Virus record (IMG/VR): IMGVR_UViG_3300024272_002111
Length of the DNA stretch: 64,000 bases
Reading direction: 5' to 3' (one strand)
From: an uncultured virus (IMG/VR IMGVR_UViG_3300024272_002111)
Lineage: Duplodnaviria; Heunggongvirae; Uroviricota; Caudoviricetes
Shown here: positions 39,160 through 48,606 of the stretch, piece by piece
Position numbering within the stretch: position 1 is the stretch's first letter
How the letters are laid out: every line of letters begins with the position of its first letter
Made by a program: the position numbers and the translations under genes
The notes under the pieces: generated by a model
Databases searched by the model: none
Told to the model about the DNA's origin: nothing
The model's input: only the letters and a program-made list of their open reading frames with translations

Positions 39160-39429
39160 TTATCTCTCCTTTATCTCTGCTAACATATTGTCAATGCACA
39201 ACATTAAGTTCTCTTCCATGTTTTCCTTAGCCATTTCTAAATGCTCTTTAATCTGCTGACGAATTTCTTTCTTAGTTACGTTATGTCCGTAGTTTGCAAC
39301 CACTTCATCAATGATTTCCTTGTAGGTAAATCCAAGAAGTAAATCATCATTCATATGAATTGGCAAATCATAAGTAAATTCCTTACCATTTCTTTCATCT
39401 ATTTCCGGGTCATACATCCATCTACTCAT
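39160..39429 (-). CDS. Hypothetical protein
   Basis: ATGA overlap with upstream gene. Confidence 0.6.
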   Translation of the reverse strand: MSRWMYDPEIDERNGKEFTYDLPIHMNDDLLLGFTYKEIIDEVVANYGHNVTKKEIRQQIKEHLEMAKENMEENLMLCIDNMLAEIKER

Positions 39430-39878
39430 ACTCTAACCGCCTTTCTATTTTCATATCTCTCTTGCATTCTGTTTAAGAACTCTTGATATTCCTCTGTAAA
39501 TTCTATTTTCTTTCCTGTCTCAAAAACATAATTCTTATTACGTCCATATATCCAACACTTGTCTATTGGATTCCAACTCATATAACAATGCCAATACCAA
39601 TTTGAAAGACATATAATCAAGCTCTGTCTCTGTGTGCATGTCAATCTTTTTATTCCTGAGAAGTCGCTTCCCATATACATTTCTTTAGGAATGACACCAT
39701 TATGGTGATCCTCAATCAAAAGGTTTTGCATTTCTGGAGTTATAATGTTATGCCAAAAGTTATCATCTTTATCTCTATTGCCTTGTTTGTCTTCAAGCCA
39801 ACTATGATATACATCTCCATCAATTGCCCAAACTCTCATACTTTGATTACAAACCTCATACTTACCTAAGATTTCCAT
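39426..39878 (-). CDS. Hypothetical protein
   Basis: ORF track, RBS. Confidence 0.6.
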   Translation of the reverse strand: MEILGKYEVCNQSMRVWAIDGDVYHSWLEDKQGNRDKDDNFWHNIITPEMQNLLIEDHHNGVIPKEMYMGSDFSGIKRLTCTQRQSLIICLSNWYWHCYMSWNPIDKCWIYGRNKNYVFETGKKIEFTEEYQEFLNRMQERYENRKAVRV

Positions 39879-39945
39879 CTTATTTTCCGCCTTTCGTTTT
39901 AATTATGTTTAGTTTCGTGACTAAACCAAATTTAAGATTTATTAC

Positions 39946-40482
39946 CTATGCTGCTTCAATTCTTTTTAACAAGTCGTCTGTTTCTAACTCATAAAATTCG
40001 CCAATGCTATCTTGTTTTTCTGTATCATATACATCATACCCTTCTCTAAATAGGTTTATATCTGCTACATATCTATCATTTATGTCTTTCATTTGTGTCA
40101 TGGATTCCAAGTAGAATAAATCATCAAAATGATCAAACTTGACTGCAAAATAATCTGAATAACCACCACGAATATCACCGAAAAGATGAACCATGAATAA
40201 CATTACTCCACAATTCTTTTTGTAATTCATGTTCAAGTCATTACAAATATTCGCTCCCCAATTATATGTATTATCTCCCTCGGAATCTTCTCTGAATTTT
40301 TCAATCCATTCGTCAGATACATTAATTTCGTATTCTTTCAATTCTTCAAGAAGTGGAAGAATATCCCCACAGATAACATCATTTCTAATATTCCCATCGT
40401 CATCAAAAATCCAAGCTCTATGATTTTTATCTACCAAACGAATGGATTTCACTTGTTCAATTACTCTATCTAATCTACTCAT
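39946..40482 (-). CDS. Hypothetical phage protein
   Basis: NTYNW, H..GDIRGGY motif. Confidence 0.65.
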   Translation of the reverse strand: MSRLDRVIEQVKSIRLVDKNHRAWIFDDDGNIRNDVICGDILPLLEELKEYEINVSDEWIEKFREDSEGDNTYNWGANICNDLNMNYKKNCGVMLFMVHLFGDIRGGYSDYFAVKFDHFDDLFYLESMTQMKDINDRYVADINLFREGYDVYDTEKQDSIGEFYELETDDLLKRIEAA

Positions 40483-40656
40483 TTGCGTTCCCTCCGTTTC
40501 TTATCTGTTCCGCCTACATCTTCAGGCTTAATCTTACATCCGTACTTTGCAGATACTAGACCGGCTATATCTGCCTTTGTAAGTCTGACATGTAATTCTC
40601 TTTTTGTGTTCGTTCCATACAACGTCATGTTATATCCTCCTTTTAATTAAGTGCAG

Positions 40657-41526
40657 TTAGGCTATGGCTTCTAAACTATCAAACACCTTGTCAAAACCTG
40701 CTTCTAATGCAATTTCTTCAATCAAATCATCGCCCCATTTACTAGAATAGAATCCCCAACAAGAATCCGTGTTTTCATTCCACTCATCATCTTCTGCGTC
40801 AATAAGCTCATCAATGATATAACCATAACATTCTCCCTGTAGATACATGTCATATTCTTTGACTTCGCTTTTAAGCCACTTGTAAGCAGCATCTTTCCAA
40901 TTCTTATCAGTAACTTTAATCCAATTACCTTTCTTTGATTGTATTTTCCCACCACACTTAAAAATTTCTTCTTTTGTGGTATAAATCCAACCGGCCTGAC
41001 CACTATCCCATGGACATGAAAAACCACCAATATTCATTGTAATTCCACTATGTTCATAGATATATAATGGCAAACTATAAAACCCTTCGCTCTCAAGCAA
41101 CTTCCATTTATCCTCAAAGTTCATAGCATCAATGATATCATCAACAAGATAGTCAATTGGATAGTTACTTTCAATTACACCATGATGTACTTCGTTACCA
41201 GTCCACCAATATCTATAATAACCCCAAAGTTCCCATAAGTTTTCGCTTCGGTTATACTTCAGTTCTAATCCATTAGATGTCTTACCGGACTTCACAAAGT
41301 TAATAATTTTCTTTTCGGAAACGTGATATCTTACCAAGTGATTCAAGAAATCTTCAGGCTCCTTAAATTCATTTTTATCTCCAAGATCATATCTATTCCA
41401 CCAACACATCATGTGACCAATATTACCATCCCAATCAACTCTAGGATTAAGTGGCTCACTATCTTGTTCGACGTGGATTCTATAAATTTTACCTTGATAA
41501 TCCTTTGCGTATTTATATTCTCTCAT
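40657..41526 (-). CDS. Conserved hypothetical phage protein
   Basis: LPLYIYEHSG..M...WDSGQAGWIY..DSCWGFY; start MREYK after GGAGG. Confidence 0.7.
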   Translation of the reverse strand: MREYKYAKDYQGKIYRIHVEQDSEPLNPRVDWDGNIGHMMCWWNRYDLGDKNEFKEPEDFLNHLVRYHVSEKKIINFVKSGKTSNGLELKYNRSENLWELWGYYRYWWTGNEVHHGVIESNYPIDYLVDDIIDAMNFEDKWKLLESEGFYSLPLYIYEHSGITMNIGGFSCPWDSGQAGWIYTTKEEIFKCGGKIQSKKGNWIKVTDKNWKDAAYKWLKSEVKEYDMYLQGECYGYIIDELIDAEDDEWNENTDSCWGFYSSKWGDDLIEEIALEAGFDKVFDSLEAIA

Positions 41527-41527
41527 C

Positions 41528-41734
41528 TCAACAACCTCCTGCTGTACACATAAAATCATCCGGTACAAATGTAATATCTTTAAACAGTTTCTTAATAAGC
41601 TCGTTGGATATCTCATCCGGAGCTTCTGCAACTTCACTCATATAAGGATATCTTCCTTCGCTATGAGCTAAAGCACATACATAATTTACTTTTAATTCAT
41701 CAAGCTGATCCTGATTTAAATCGTTTACGCTCAT
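41528..41734 (-). CDS. Hypothetical protein
   Basis: ORF with AGGAGG RBS. Confidence 0.6.
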   Translation of the reverse strand: MSVNDLNQDQLDELKVNYVCALAHSEGRYPYMSEVAEAPDEISNELIKKLFKDITFVPDDFMCTAGGC

Positions 41735-41743
41735 GTTGACCTC

Positions 41744-41980
41744 CTATAATGGCTTTAACTTTACCTGTCCTTTGTATATGGACAATCTACTTGTTACATA
41801 CATATCCTGTGAAAAGTCATAATCATAAACATGCCAGATTTCATCATCATTTTCGAGTCTGAATTTCACATCATTCATAATCTTACAAATCTTATTTGCA
41901 CTTGAATCAGGAACAAAGAATGCATTCTGTTTAGAGTGAAAGAATTCCGTTCCCTTTCGTGTCTTAGCTATCAGTTTCAT
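41744..41980 (-). CDS. Hypothetical protein
   Basis: AAAGGAG RBS after motif A. Confidence 0.6.
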   Translation of the reverse strand: MKLIAKTRKGTEFFHSKQNAFFVPDSSANKICKIMNDVKFRLENDDEIWHVYDYDFSQDMYVTSRLSIYKGQVKLKPL

Positions 41981-42017
41981 TTAATCACTCCTTTCAGTGA
42001 ATAGAAGTAGAATTTTA

Positions 42018-42383
42018 TTACCAGTCTTCTTCATCTTCGTCCGGTTTGCTAAACCAATCTGTTTCTTTAAGTTTCTTTGATTTATATAAAGACTTTCTCG
42101 AAACATCAACTTTTTTCAAATGACTCTGTTCAATTGCACCAACTGTAAAATGATAATCATTGTACTGTACAGTTGCCTGATACACTGGATATGCAAAAGT
42201 ATCCCAACCACAACTAATATATTCGTAGTCTGTATCTGTATCACTAGCAAAGTCTAAAGCCATTGCTCTGACTTTCTCTTTCATTTGTTCTTCTGTTCCG
42301 TTGAATGTGTGTAAATCCAATCCATCAGAATCAGTTGCGATTCCGTAAATGTAATACTTCATAACCATTTTCCTCCTAACCAA
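42018..42383 (-). CDS. Hypothetical protein
   Basis: Bounded by motif A; likely start MVMKYY. Confidence 0.6.
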   Translation of the reverse strand: MVRRKMVMKYYIYGIATDSDGLDLHTFNGTEEQMKEKVRAMALDFASDTDTDYEYISCGWDTFAYPVYQATVQYNDYHFTVGAIEQSHLKKVDVSRKSLYKSKKLKETDWFSKPDEDEEDW

Positions 42384-42392
42384 ATGAAACTT

Positions 42393-42842
42393 TTATTCAT
42401 AATACTCTGTTTCAAATTCAAAACGAATTTCATAATCATTTTCGCCATCGTAAAGTTCACATATGCCAATACAATCACTAAAAGTATCCTCATTGCATAA
42501 TTTCAAATTCTCTTCACTATCATTTACCGGATAAATACCAACTATAAATTCTGTTCCCATTTGTAGCAGCTCGGCTATTCTCTTAATAGGGAACATCTCA
42601 TCAACTTCTTCTTCGGATAAATCGTACAAGTCAATTTCACTTCCATTTGTATTGTTATATAAAACCCACGGAATTAAATCACCCTTACATCGACAATCTA
42701 AACTGTTTGGATCATAGTCAATGTCTCCATGAATGTCTAATGTCAATTCAAAGTTTTGTCTATCTTCCACATAAGATACCTTTAACCAGTCGGGTGTATA
42801 TCCTATATTGTTTTTACTTTTTGCGTTTAGATATAATCTCAT
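42393..42842 (-). CDS. Hypothetical acidic protein
   Basis: Bounded by motif A on both sides. Confidence 0.65.
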   Translation of the reverse strand: MRLYLNAKSKNNIGYTPDWLKVSYVEDRQNFELTLDIHGDIDYDPNSLDCRCKGDLIPWVLYNNTNGSEIDLYDLSEEEVDEMFPIKRIAELLQMGTEFIVGIYPVNDSEENLKLCNEDTFSDCIGICELYDGENDYEIRFEFETEYYE

Positions 42843-43213
42843 ATCTCTTACCTCCGTTTAATCAAATATAATTTCTATTTCCATCCATTGTCCTTTTTCA
42901 TTTCCTCTGCATACTGCATAAGTGCTTCAACCACTTCTGCAACGTTTGTGTCATTGTCGTCTGCAATCTTTTCAAGTTCCTTTGCTTCAATGTCATATAC
43001 AGTAATATTTGTCATATGTTATACCTCCGTTTCTTTAACCGGAATCAACTTTCCGCTGTCAATCAACTCATTCAAGCGTTTTTCACTTATATACTCTTCG
43101 ATTGAGAACAACGTAGAATTGTCATTTCCATAACCAGTTCCTTCAACGGTAATAATAAATTTCTGTCCCTTTTCAATTTTCATAATTCTATACCTCCTAA
43201 TAAAATGCGGGTT

Positions 43214-43687
43214 CTATTTGCTCATTTCGTAACACATTGCTTCAAAATATTTCCCAACTTCATCAAATTTTTCCTTGTTAATATTCCAAGGCATAACAAT
43301 CATAACTATTGAATCGGTTGAGCCATCACTCCACTTCTCTGTTTCTTCTCCAAGGATAACATCGTACTCTGGATACTTATTTGAGCAATCAACGGCTTTT
43401 TCTTTGGCAATCTGAATAAGGTTCTCATACGTCATTTCTAAATCTTCTGCATATCCCTTATCATATCCTGCCTCAAAAGCAATCCCGTATCTGCCATTAA
43501 ACTCTACGAGATAGCATCTAAGACCGTAAACGCCCTCACACCACAGCTCGTTATATGCATGTTGCAATTCCTTCGGCAAATCCTCAACCTTATCGATGTC
43601 GTACTCCCCGTTGTGGTGTAAGTCTCCACAACTATTACTCCAGTATAAAAAGTTTCCGCCTAACTCATTTTTAAATTCATATAACAT
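43214..43687 (-). CDS. Hypothetical acidic protein
   Basis: Bounded by motif A on both sides. Confidence 0.65.
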   Translation of the reverse strand: MLYEFKNELGGNFLYWSNSCGDLHHNGEYDIDKVEDLPKELQHAYNELWCEGVYGLRCYLVEFNGRYGIAFEAGYDKGYAEDLEMTYENLIQIAKEKAVDCSNKYPEYDVILGEETEKWSDGSTDSIVMIVMPWNINKEKFDEVGKYFEAMCYEMSK

Positions 43688-43721
43688 ATCTTTTTCCTCC
43701 TAATAAAATGTTGGTTTGGTC

Positions 43722-43982
43722 TTACCATCCATTAGAATCAAAACCATAATTGTTATTGATATCAAAATCTTTATGCATAATGATTTCACTTTCCTCAATA
43801 TGCAATTCTCCTGCCCATAACTCTGTATACGGCTTATCATAAACATGAGGATTACTATACTTTTCTACATAAGCTTCCGCATCTACTTTACTTTCGAAGA
43901 TTGCTACCAAATCGGTACAACTAACTGCATCTCCGAATCCACCATCTACATCATAATTGTGAAATACACTATAAGTTTTCAT
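43722..43982 (-). CDS. Hypothetical protein
   Basis: Bounded by motif A on both sides. Confidence 0.6.
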   Translation of the reverse strand: MKTYSVFHNYDVDGGFGDAVSCTDLVAIFESKVDAEAYVEKYSNPHVYDKPYTELWAGELHIEESEIIMHKDFDINNNYGFDSNGW

Positions 43983-44011
43983 TTTCTCTTTCCTCCAATC
44001 AAATAAGGTTT

Positions 44012-44227
44012 TTATAATCCTTTTTTCTGTTGCTTTCTCAACTGTTCAATACTTGATACACATAAATAATTAAGTCCTTTTGCTTTAAGTTCCGCATTGA
44101 GAGTGTCAATGTTTTTAAATTCAGAAAACTTGATACACATTTCGCATCGTTTACTTCCGGTTCTCCATCGTGTACAGTTATAACATCCTACCTCGTCAGG
44201 CTTTAAATGCTCCCTTCCTTTTACCAT
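44012..44227 (-). CDS. Small Cys-containing protein
   Basis: Start MVKGRE after AGGAGG; CxxC..C..C; bounded by motif A. Confidence 0.55.
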   Translation of the reverse strand: MVKGREHLKPDEVGCYNCTRWRTGSKRCEMCIKFSEFKNIDTLNAELKAKGLNYLCVSSIEQLRKQQKKGL

Positions 44228-44266
44228 CGCTATTCCTCCTATACAATCAAACAATGTTTTGATCAT

Positions 44267-44476
44267 CTAGTCACTAAACGCATATCTATAACCATGTACC
44301 ATGTTTACTAGTGTTCTCACGCCGACAAACGCTTCCATACTTTCATATATTGGAACACGTCTATCTATATAATCTCCGTTCTCAAATATGTTCCATACAG
44401 ATGTTCTCTTTACAAGAACACTATGCTTCAATGAATCGGCATTTTTGTAATAATACTCCTTTCCAGTTTCTATCAT
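44267..44476 (-). CDS. Hypothetical protein
   Basis: AGGAGG RBS. Confidence 0.55.
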   Translation of the reverse strand: MIETGKEYYYKNADSLKHSVLVKRTSVWNIFENGDYIDRRVPIYESMEAFVGVRTLVNMVHGYRYAFSD

Positions 44477-44487
44477 TTCACTTCCTC

Positions 44488-44844
44488 CTATATAAAATCA
44501 CTTATACTCATTCCGGGCGCATCCCATGGATTACTCGGTGAATAATCTCCATTGGTTGATGACGAACAATATTCATCTTCATCAAAACCTTCATAAAAAT
44601 TAAACCAGTCCCACGCTTCCGTTTCACTATCACATTGCCAGTCAAAATCTTCAGTTTCCGGTAGATAAACATCTTTATCCCCAAAAACAAATACATATTC
44701 TTCATTCTCTGTATCAAAATACATGGTATAATCAGTATAAAATCCGTCTGCATCTTGTACTGATTTACTTGCTTTCTCAATAAATCTCATTTCTATTACC
44801 TCCTTTAGTTTAGTTACTAAACTAATAATCATATCCTTCATCAT
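44488..44844 (-). CDS. Hypothetical protein
   Basis: SSTNGDYSPSNPWDAPGMSISDFI C-terminus; likely start MRFIE. Confidence 0.6.
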   Translation of the reverse strand: MMKDMIISLVTKLKEVIEMRFIEKASKSVQDADGFYTDYTMYFDTENEEYVFVFGDKDVYLPETEDFDWQCDSETEAWDWFNFYEGFDEDEYCSSSTNGDYSPSNPWDAPGMSISDFI

Positions 44845-45220
44845 ACCAATATTTTGGGTCTCTTAATGATTGCCCAAATGCGTTATACCATTGTCCACAA
44901 TCACACATTTGGTCGCCTTCTAAATAGATCTCTCTTCCACAACTACACTTTGCCAATGCTGGTTCTGTATAGTTCCAACTACGTTCTTCTACACCTCTAT
45001 CCTCATACTTCTCAGGATGTGCAAGACAATACTCATAATTCTTTCCCCAACACTCATAACTCTCATCTTTAATAAGAGTTCCGTCTGCTTCACATGGGAA
45101 AGAATATCCGTTGCCTGGATAATCTCCAATTAATTGGAATTCCCTTCTATACTCTACATGCCGTTTGCGTTCACGCTCAGATATAATCTTTACAATATGA
45201 CTCATTTCTATTACCTCCAC
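44822..45220 (-). CDS. Hypothetical zinc-binding protein
   Basis: CSCG..CDCGQWYNAFGQ. Confidence 0.6.
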   Translation of the reverse strand: MEVIEMSHIVKIISERERKRHVEYRREFQLIGDYPGNGYSFPCEADGTLIKDESYECWGKNYEYCLAHPEKYEDRGVEERSWNYTEPALAKCSCGREIYLEGDQMCDCGQWYNAFGQSLRDPKYWYDEGYDY

Positions 45221-45237
45221 TTTTAATTATGCCTAGT

Positions 45238-45672
45238 TTAGCAACTAAATTCTTCAATTTTGGCACATAATTCTACGAATGCGTACTTAATATACTTATT
45301 ATCATTCGCAGATAGTTCTCCAAGTAATCTATTTACCGTTACCTTCCTATATTCTTCATCATCATACCCATCTGATATACAATCGAATATTCGATTCGCT
45401 AACTTTGGATCGTCCGTGAAAACAAGCTCTTTCGTGATTTGAGTCCACCAATATTTAGCATCCTCATTATCTGGCTCATACGCAAAATCTTCCATAAGAT
45501 TCTCACATAAGGTTTTAATATTACTTGCTACTCTTCCATTTACTTTTGACCATTGCATATCTGCATAATAATCATATGCATATCCGGCTACCTCTTTGGA
45601 AGTGAAATTCCGTTTGTTCCACTTTTCATTTGCATAGCATGCAATGTCATAAAAATCTCGATACTCTAACAT
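45238..45672 (-). CDS. Hypothetical protein
   Basis: ORF track. Confidence 0.6.
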   Translation of the reverse strand: MLEYRDFYDIACYANEKWNKRNFTSKEVAGYAYDYYADMQWSKVNGRVASNIKTLCENLMEDFAYEPDNEDAKYWWTQITKELVFTDDPKLANRIFDCISDGYDDEEYRKVTVNRLLGELSANDNKYIKYAFVELCAKIEEFSC

Positions 45673-45879
45673 ATCTTTCCCACCATCCTTTCTCTGCTAT
45701 TAAAGCATACATGAACACCTATATTTGAAAGGCGGTGTGAGTCTGAGTTTCAACTCACTACATAGATGCTCATGTATGCTCACGAACTTTCGCTCGTAAG
45801 CATTTTAATTTAATCTAGTTACACTCTAGCATTAATGTTTTCGCTTTGTCAATAACTATTTTATTTTATTTTACGCAGT

Positions 45880-46821
45880 TTAGGCAATCTTCGCAAGTAC
45901 TGCCTGTAAATATCCTCCGTTATATGTACGTGTAATTCCTAACTCTTCACATACCCAATCTTCTACATACATCAGTAAACGTTCGGCATTCTTACGTAAT
46001 GGGTATTTTGTATGAGCTTCTGCAAATAACTGCTGTGGAGTAATATTCATATACTTATTGATAAGCAATTCTGTAATCTCCTTTTTATATTCCGGATGTA
46101 AACGCATAATATTATTTGTGGTTCTTAACACATCTCTACCAAGTCCATTTACAGCTACATTCCAACGAGATTCGCAGATAATATATAATGTATTATCCAA
46201 TGCTTCTTCTCCGCAAACCTTTGCAATTGCTAATGCCTCCTGGAACCCAGTTAAAATACCCGTTGCATTCTTAATTCCTCGTGCAGCTAGATTTGGTTTA
46301 AGCTCAATATTATACTTCTTAACTAATTTCTCTACTGCAATATTTTCAGGAATACCACGTAATACATTTGCGTTATGCTTATGCGGTGGTGTAAGGTTTG
46401 ATACTCCATCTCTTTGTGTCGCAAAAATTGTAGCTTCAGCAATAAGCCGTTTTTCTGGTTCTTCCGGTAATCCAGTAACAAATTCAACTTCTGCACCTGT
46501 AAATCCAAGCATCTTCATAGCAAGCAAACGATGACCTCCATCAAGAACACTACACCGTTTCTCTTCTGGATGCATATTTACCTTTAATACATCCATTTGG
46601 TTCTTATCCCAATTCTTAACAAGCCAGTTTACCTTATTCATATTCTGTTCACGCTGGATGAATGGATCTAAATATAACGAATCTAATGCTGCATAACCAA
46701 ACTGTTTCCCACCAATAGTCTGAATATTATGTAACATCATATCCCATAACATATCCCTTTCTGCTGTTACCTTGATTACCTTGTTGTCTGTTACTTCCTT
46801 TAAATTTGTTCTCTTCGCCAT
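45880..46821 (-). CDS. ParB/Srx-like N-terminal domain protein (DUF6551-like)
   Basis: IQR, VLDGGHRLLA, EA.IF..Q motifs. Confidence 0.7.
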   Translation of the reverse strand: MAKRTNLKEVTDNKVIKVTAERDMLWDMMLHNIQTIGGKQFGYAALDSLYLDPFIQREQNMNKVNWLVKNWDKNQMDVLKVNMHPEEKRCSVLDGGHRLLAMKMLGFTGAEVEFVTGLPEEPEKRLIAEATIFATQRDGVSNLTPPHKHNANVLRGIPENIAVEKLVKKYNIELKPNLAARGIKNATGILTGFQEALAIAKVCGEEALDNTLYIICESRWNVAVNGLGRDVLRTTNNIMRLHPEYKKEITELLINKYMNITPQQLFAEAHTKYPLRKNAERLLMYVEDWVCEELGITRTYNGGYLQAVLAKIA

Positions 46822-46875
46822 TTTTGTTTACCTTACCCTTTCTTAATTAAATATTTTTCCTCTCATTTTTTGTTT

Positions 46876-47097
46876 TTATCCTAAAAGCACGTTTCGTGCT
46901 CTTTGGTCTACTTGTATCTCACTTGTACATCCCTCAAAGAAATCCGTTTCAATTTCATACCCGAACTGATTCATGAGTCTTACCTTCTTCCTTATATATG
47001 CAGGCAGAAGACCAATTCCGTTTCTTGGGTATCTATACTTCTTTCCATTTGCACCTGTTACAACTCTATCTCCTCTTGTGCTTACTCTTCGAGCCAT
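46876..47097 (-). CDS. Hypothetical protein
   Basis: GAGGAGG RBS. Confidence 0.55.
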   Translation of the reverse strand: MARRVSTRGDRVVTGANGKKYRYPRNGIGLLPAYIRKKVRLMNQFGYEIETDFFEGCTSEIQVDQRARNVLLG

Positions 47098-47459
47098 GCT
47101 TCTCTATCCTCCTCTTTTGCCGCGAATCCTATAACACTAAATAATCCACATAAAATACTATATCCAATGCCTTCTATTCCAAATACTACTAACGCAAGTA
47201 TTGCTAAAATTAACATACATGTGCCGGAAATTTTATGTGTCCTCTCATATACACTTAATCTCTTTTGATTTGCCTTCCGTTTCGCTTTTCGTTCTGCTTC
47301 CATACGTGCCTTTAATACACGTTGCTTCTCTTCTTCTGTTACATACATAATGTTTAAATCCATTTCGCTTCCCGCCTTTCCATTAAAATAAGTCCGTACT
47401 TGTGCAATACGGACTTGCGTTTGTATGAGTTCTGTTATATAATACAGATAAAAGCACAA
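47082..47459 (-). CDS. Hypothetical membrane protein (2 TM)
   Basis: Likely start MDLNIM; two hydrophobic segments. Confidence 0.55.
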   Translation of the reverse strand: MCFYLYYITELIQTQVRIAQVRTYFNGKAGSEMDLNIMYVTEEEKQRVLKARMEAERKAKRKANQKRLSVYERTHKISGTCMLILAILALVVFGIEGIGYSILCGLFSVIGFAAKEEDREAWLEE

Positions 47460-47606
47460 CTCAGTTAGGTTTAAAGGTCGTGCGATTCAATGTATGCCCA
47501 TGCTTCATCGTCACTCTCAAATCGAATGTCGCATTTTGGTACATACCAATAGCCATATTTATAATATGGTTGCGGTTTCATAAGTTTCACTTCCTTTCGC
47601 TTATAT

Positions 47607-47647
47607 AAAAACACACCCAGCAGCAGCTTCTAGGTGTGTTTTTTTTA
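47607..47647. terminator. Bidirectional intrinsic terminator
   Basis: AAAAACACACC...GGTGTGTTTTTT. Confidence 0.65.
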
Positions 47648-47776
47648 CTTCCGTTTCGCTTTCTTCTTTTTCTCTTCCTCTGCTTTCTCTTTTGCCTTTT
47701 CCTGTCGCATACGTCCAAATGCAGACCACCTGTATTCATATTCACGTACAAATGTCATACTTATCAACCTCCTTCC

Positions 47777-47977
47777 CTAGTTATTTTCAACTAATGTTAC
47801 TGTTCCACCATCTACCCACTGTTTCCAATTCCGGTATACTCCATTTGTATCCCTAAATTCTACATAGTACCCATCATCTTCCCAGTATTCCTGAAATGTG
47901 ATTTCTTTAATTATCGCACGTATCCTTTGACATGTTATAATATCCCCTGGCTTTAATTCTGTACGCATAAAATCCAC
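47777..47977 (-). CDS. Hypothetical protein
   Basis: ORF track. Confidence 0.55.
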   Translation of the reverse strand: MDFMRTELKPGDIITCQRIRAIIKEITFQEYWEDDGYYVEFRDTNGVYRNWKQWVDGGTVTLVENN

Positions 47978-48131
47978 CTCTTTCCCTAGTTATAGCATAA
48001 TACATTCTTATAATCTGCGTAGGCATCGCCTACTAATTCCATAGTATCTGCGTCTTCTTTTTCATATGCAGAACATTCCTCTAAATTGCGCACTCTGCCC
48101 ATGATGATGCTAATTTCCCTATCAGACATAC

Positions 48132-48536
48132 TTATTCCTCCTCTCCTAAAATTCTTGCAAGAATTGCGTTTTCTAATTCTTCTGTATCTACTAAAAAATA
48201 GATATCTGTTCCATTTTTCCAAAATAATTCCACTTTTTCTGTGTTCATTATTTCCTCTATAATTGCATCTGCTTCTTCTGCGGTATCACAATATACACCC
48301 GTAGCCCAGTACTCTTTTCTATCTAATTCTACCGTTGGGAAAGTATGCAATTCATGGGCATGATAGTCCTCTATTGCTTGTACGTAGTCCCTTGCTAATT
48401 CCTTAAAAGATGTATAGACAGAACTATCCTCTAATAATGGTCTGCCGTAATAAGTCCCACTATATCTGTTATTGATTCGCATGATAAATTTCCTCCTAGT
48501 TATTGCGTAGATTTTTTTAGTGTAAAACATATACAC
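48132..48536 (-). CDS. Hypothetical protein
   Basis: Likely start MRINN after AGGAGG. Confidence 0.6.
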   Translation of the reverse strand: MYMFYTKKIYAITRRKFIMRINNRYSGTYYGRPLLEDSSVYTSFKELARDYVQAIEDYHAHELHTFPTVELDRKEYWATGVYCDTAEEADAIIEEIMNTEKVELFWKNGTDIYFLVDTEELENAILARILGEEE

Positions 48537-48606
48537 TATAAAAAGGGCAGACTTTTAGCCTACCCTTTCAAACTATACATGTTTTAATTATATGCAGTTT
48601 GCAGTA

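Larger units (their letters stand above)
27913..44263. repeat. Motif A: 22 copies of an 18-bp 6-6-6 imperfect palindrome at gene junctions
   Basis: Starts at 27913, 27983, 30004, 30432, 30730, 33154, 33576, 34206, 34447, 34834, 35259, 35952, 36157, 38038, 39925, 42001, 42379, 42861, 43200, 43703, 43998, 44246. Confidence 0.8.

Noticed and set aside
27913..44263. Motif A as a CRISPR array or as classical attC sites
   Set aside because: Repeats are separated by whole genes, not 30-40 nt spacers; no cas genes; no RYYYAAC/GTTRRRY ends or long attC hairpins
30206..44266. ORF-track starts that run through motif A (e.g. 30436, 34473, 38042, 42383, 44266)
   Set aside because: Strong RBS and ATG lie downstream of the motif, so the N-terminal extensions are artefacts
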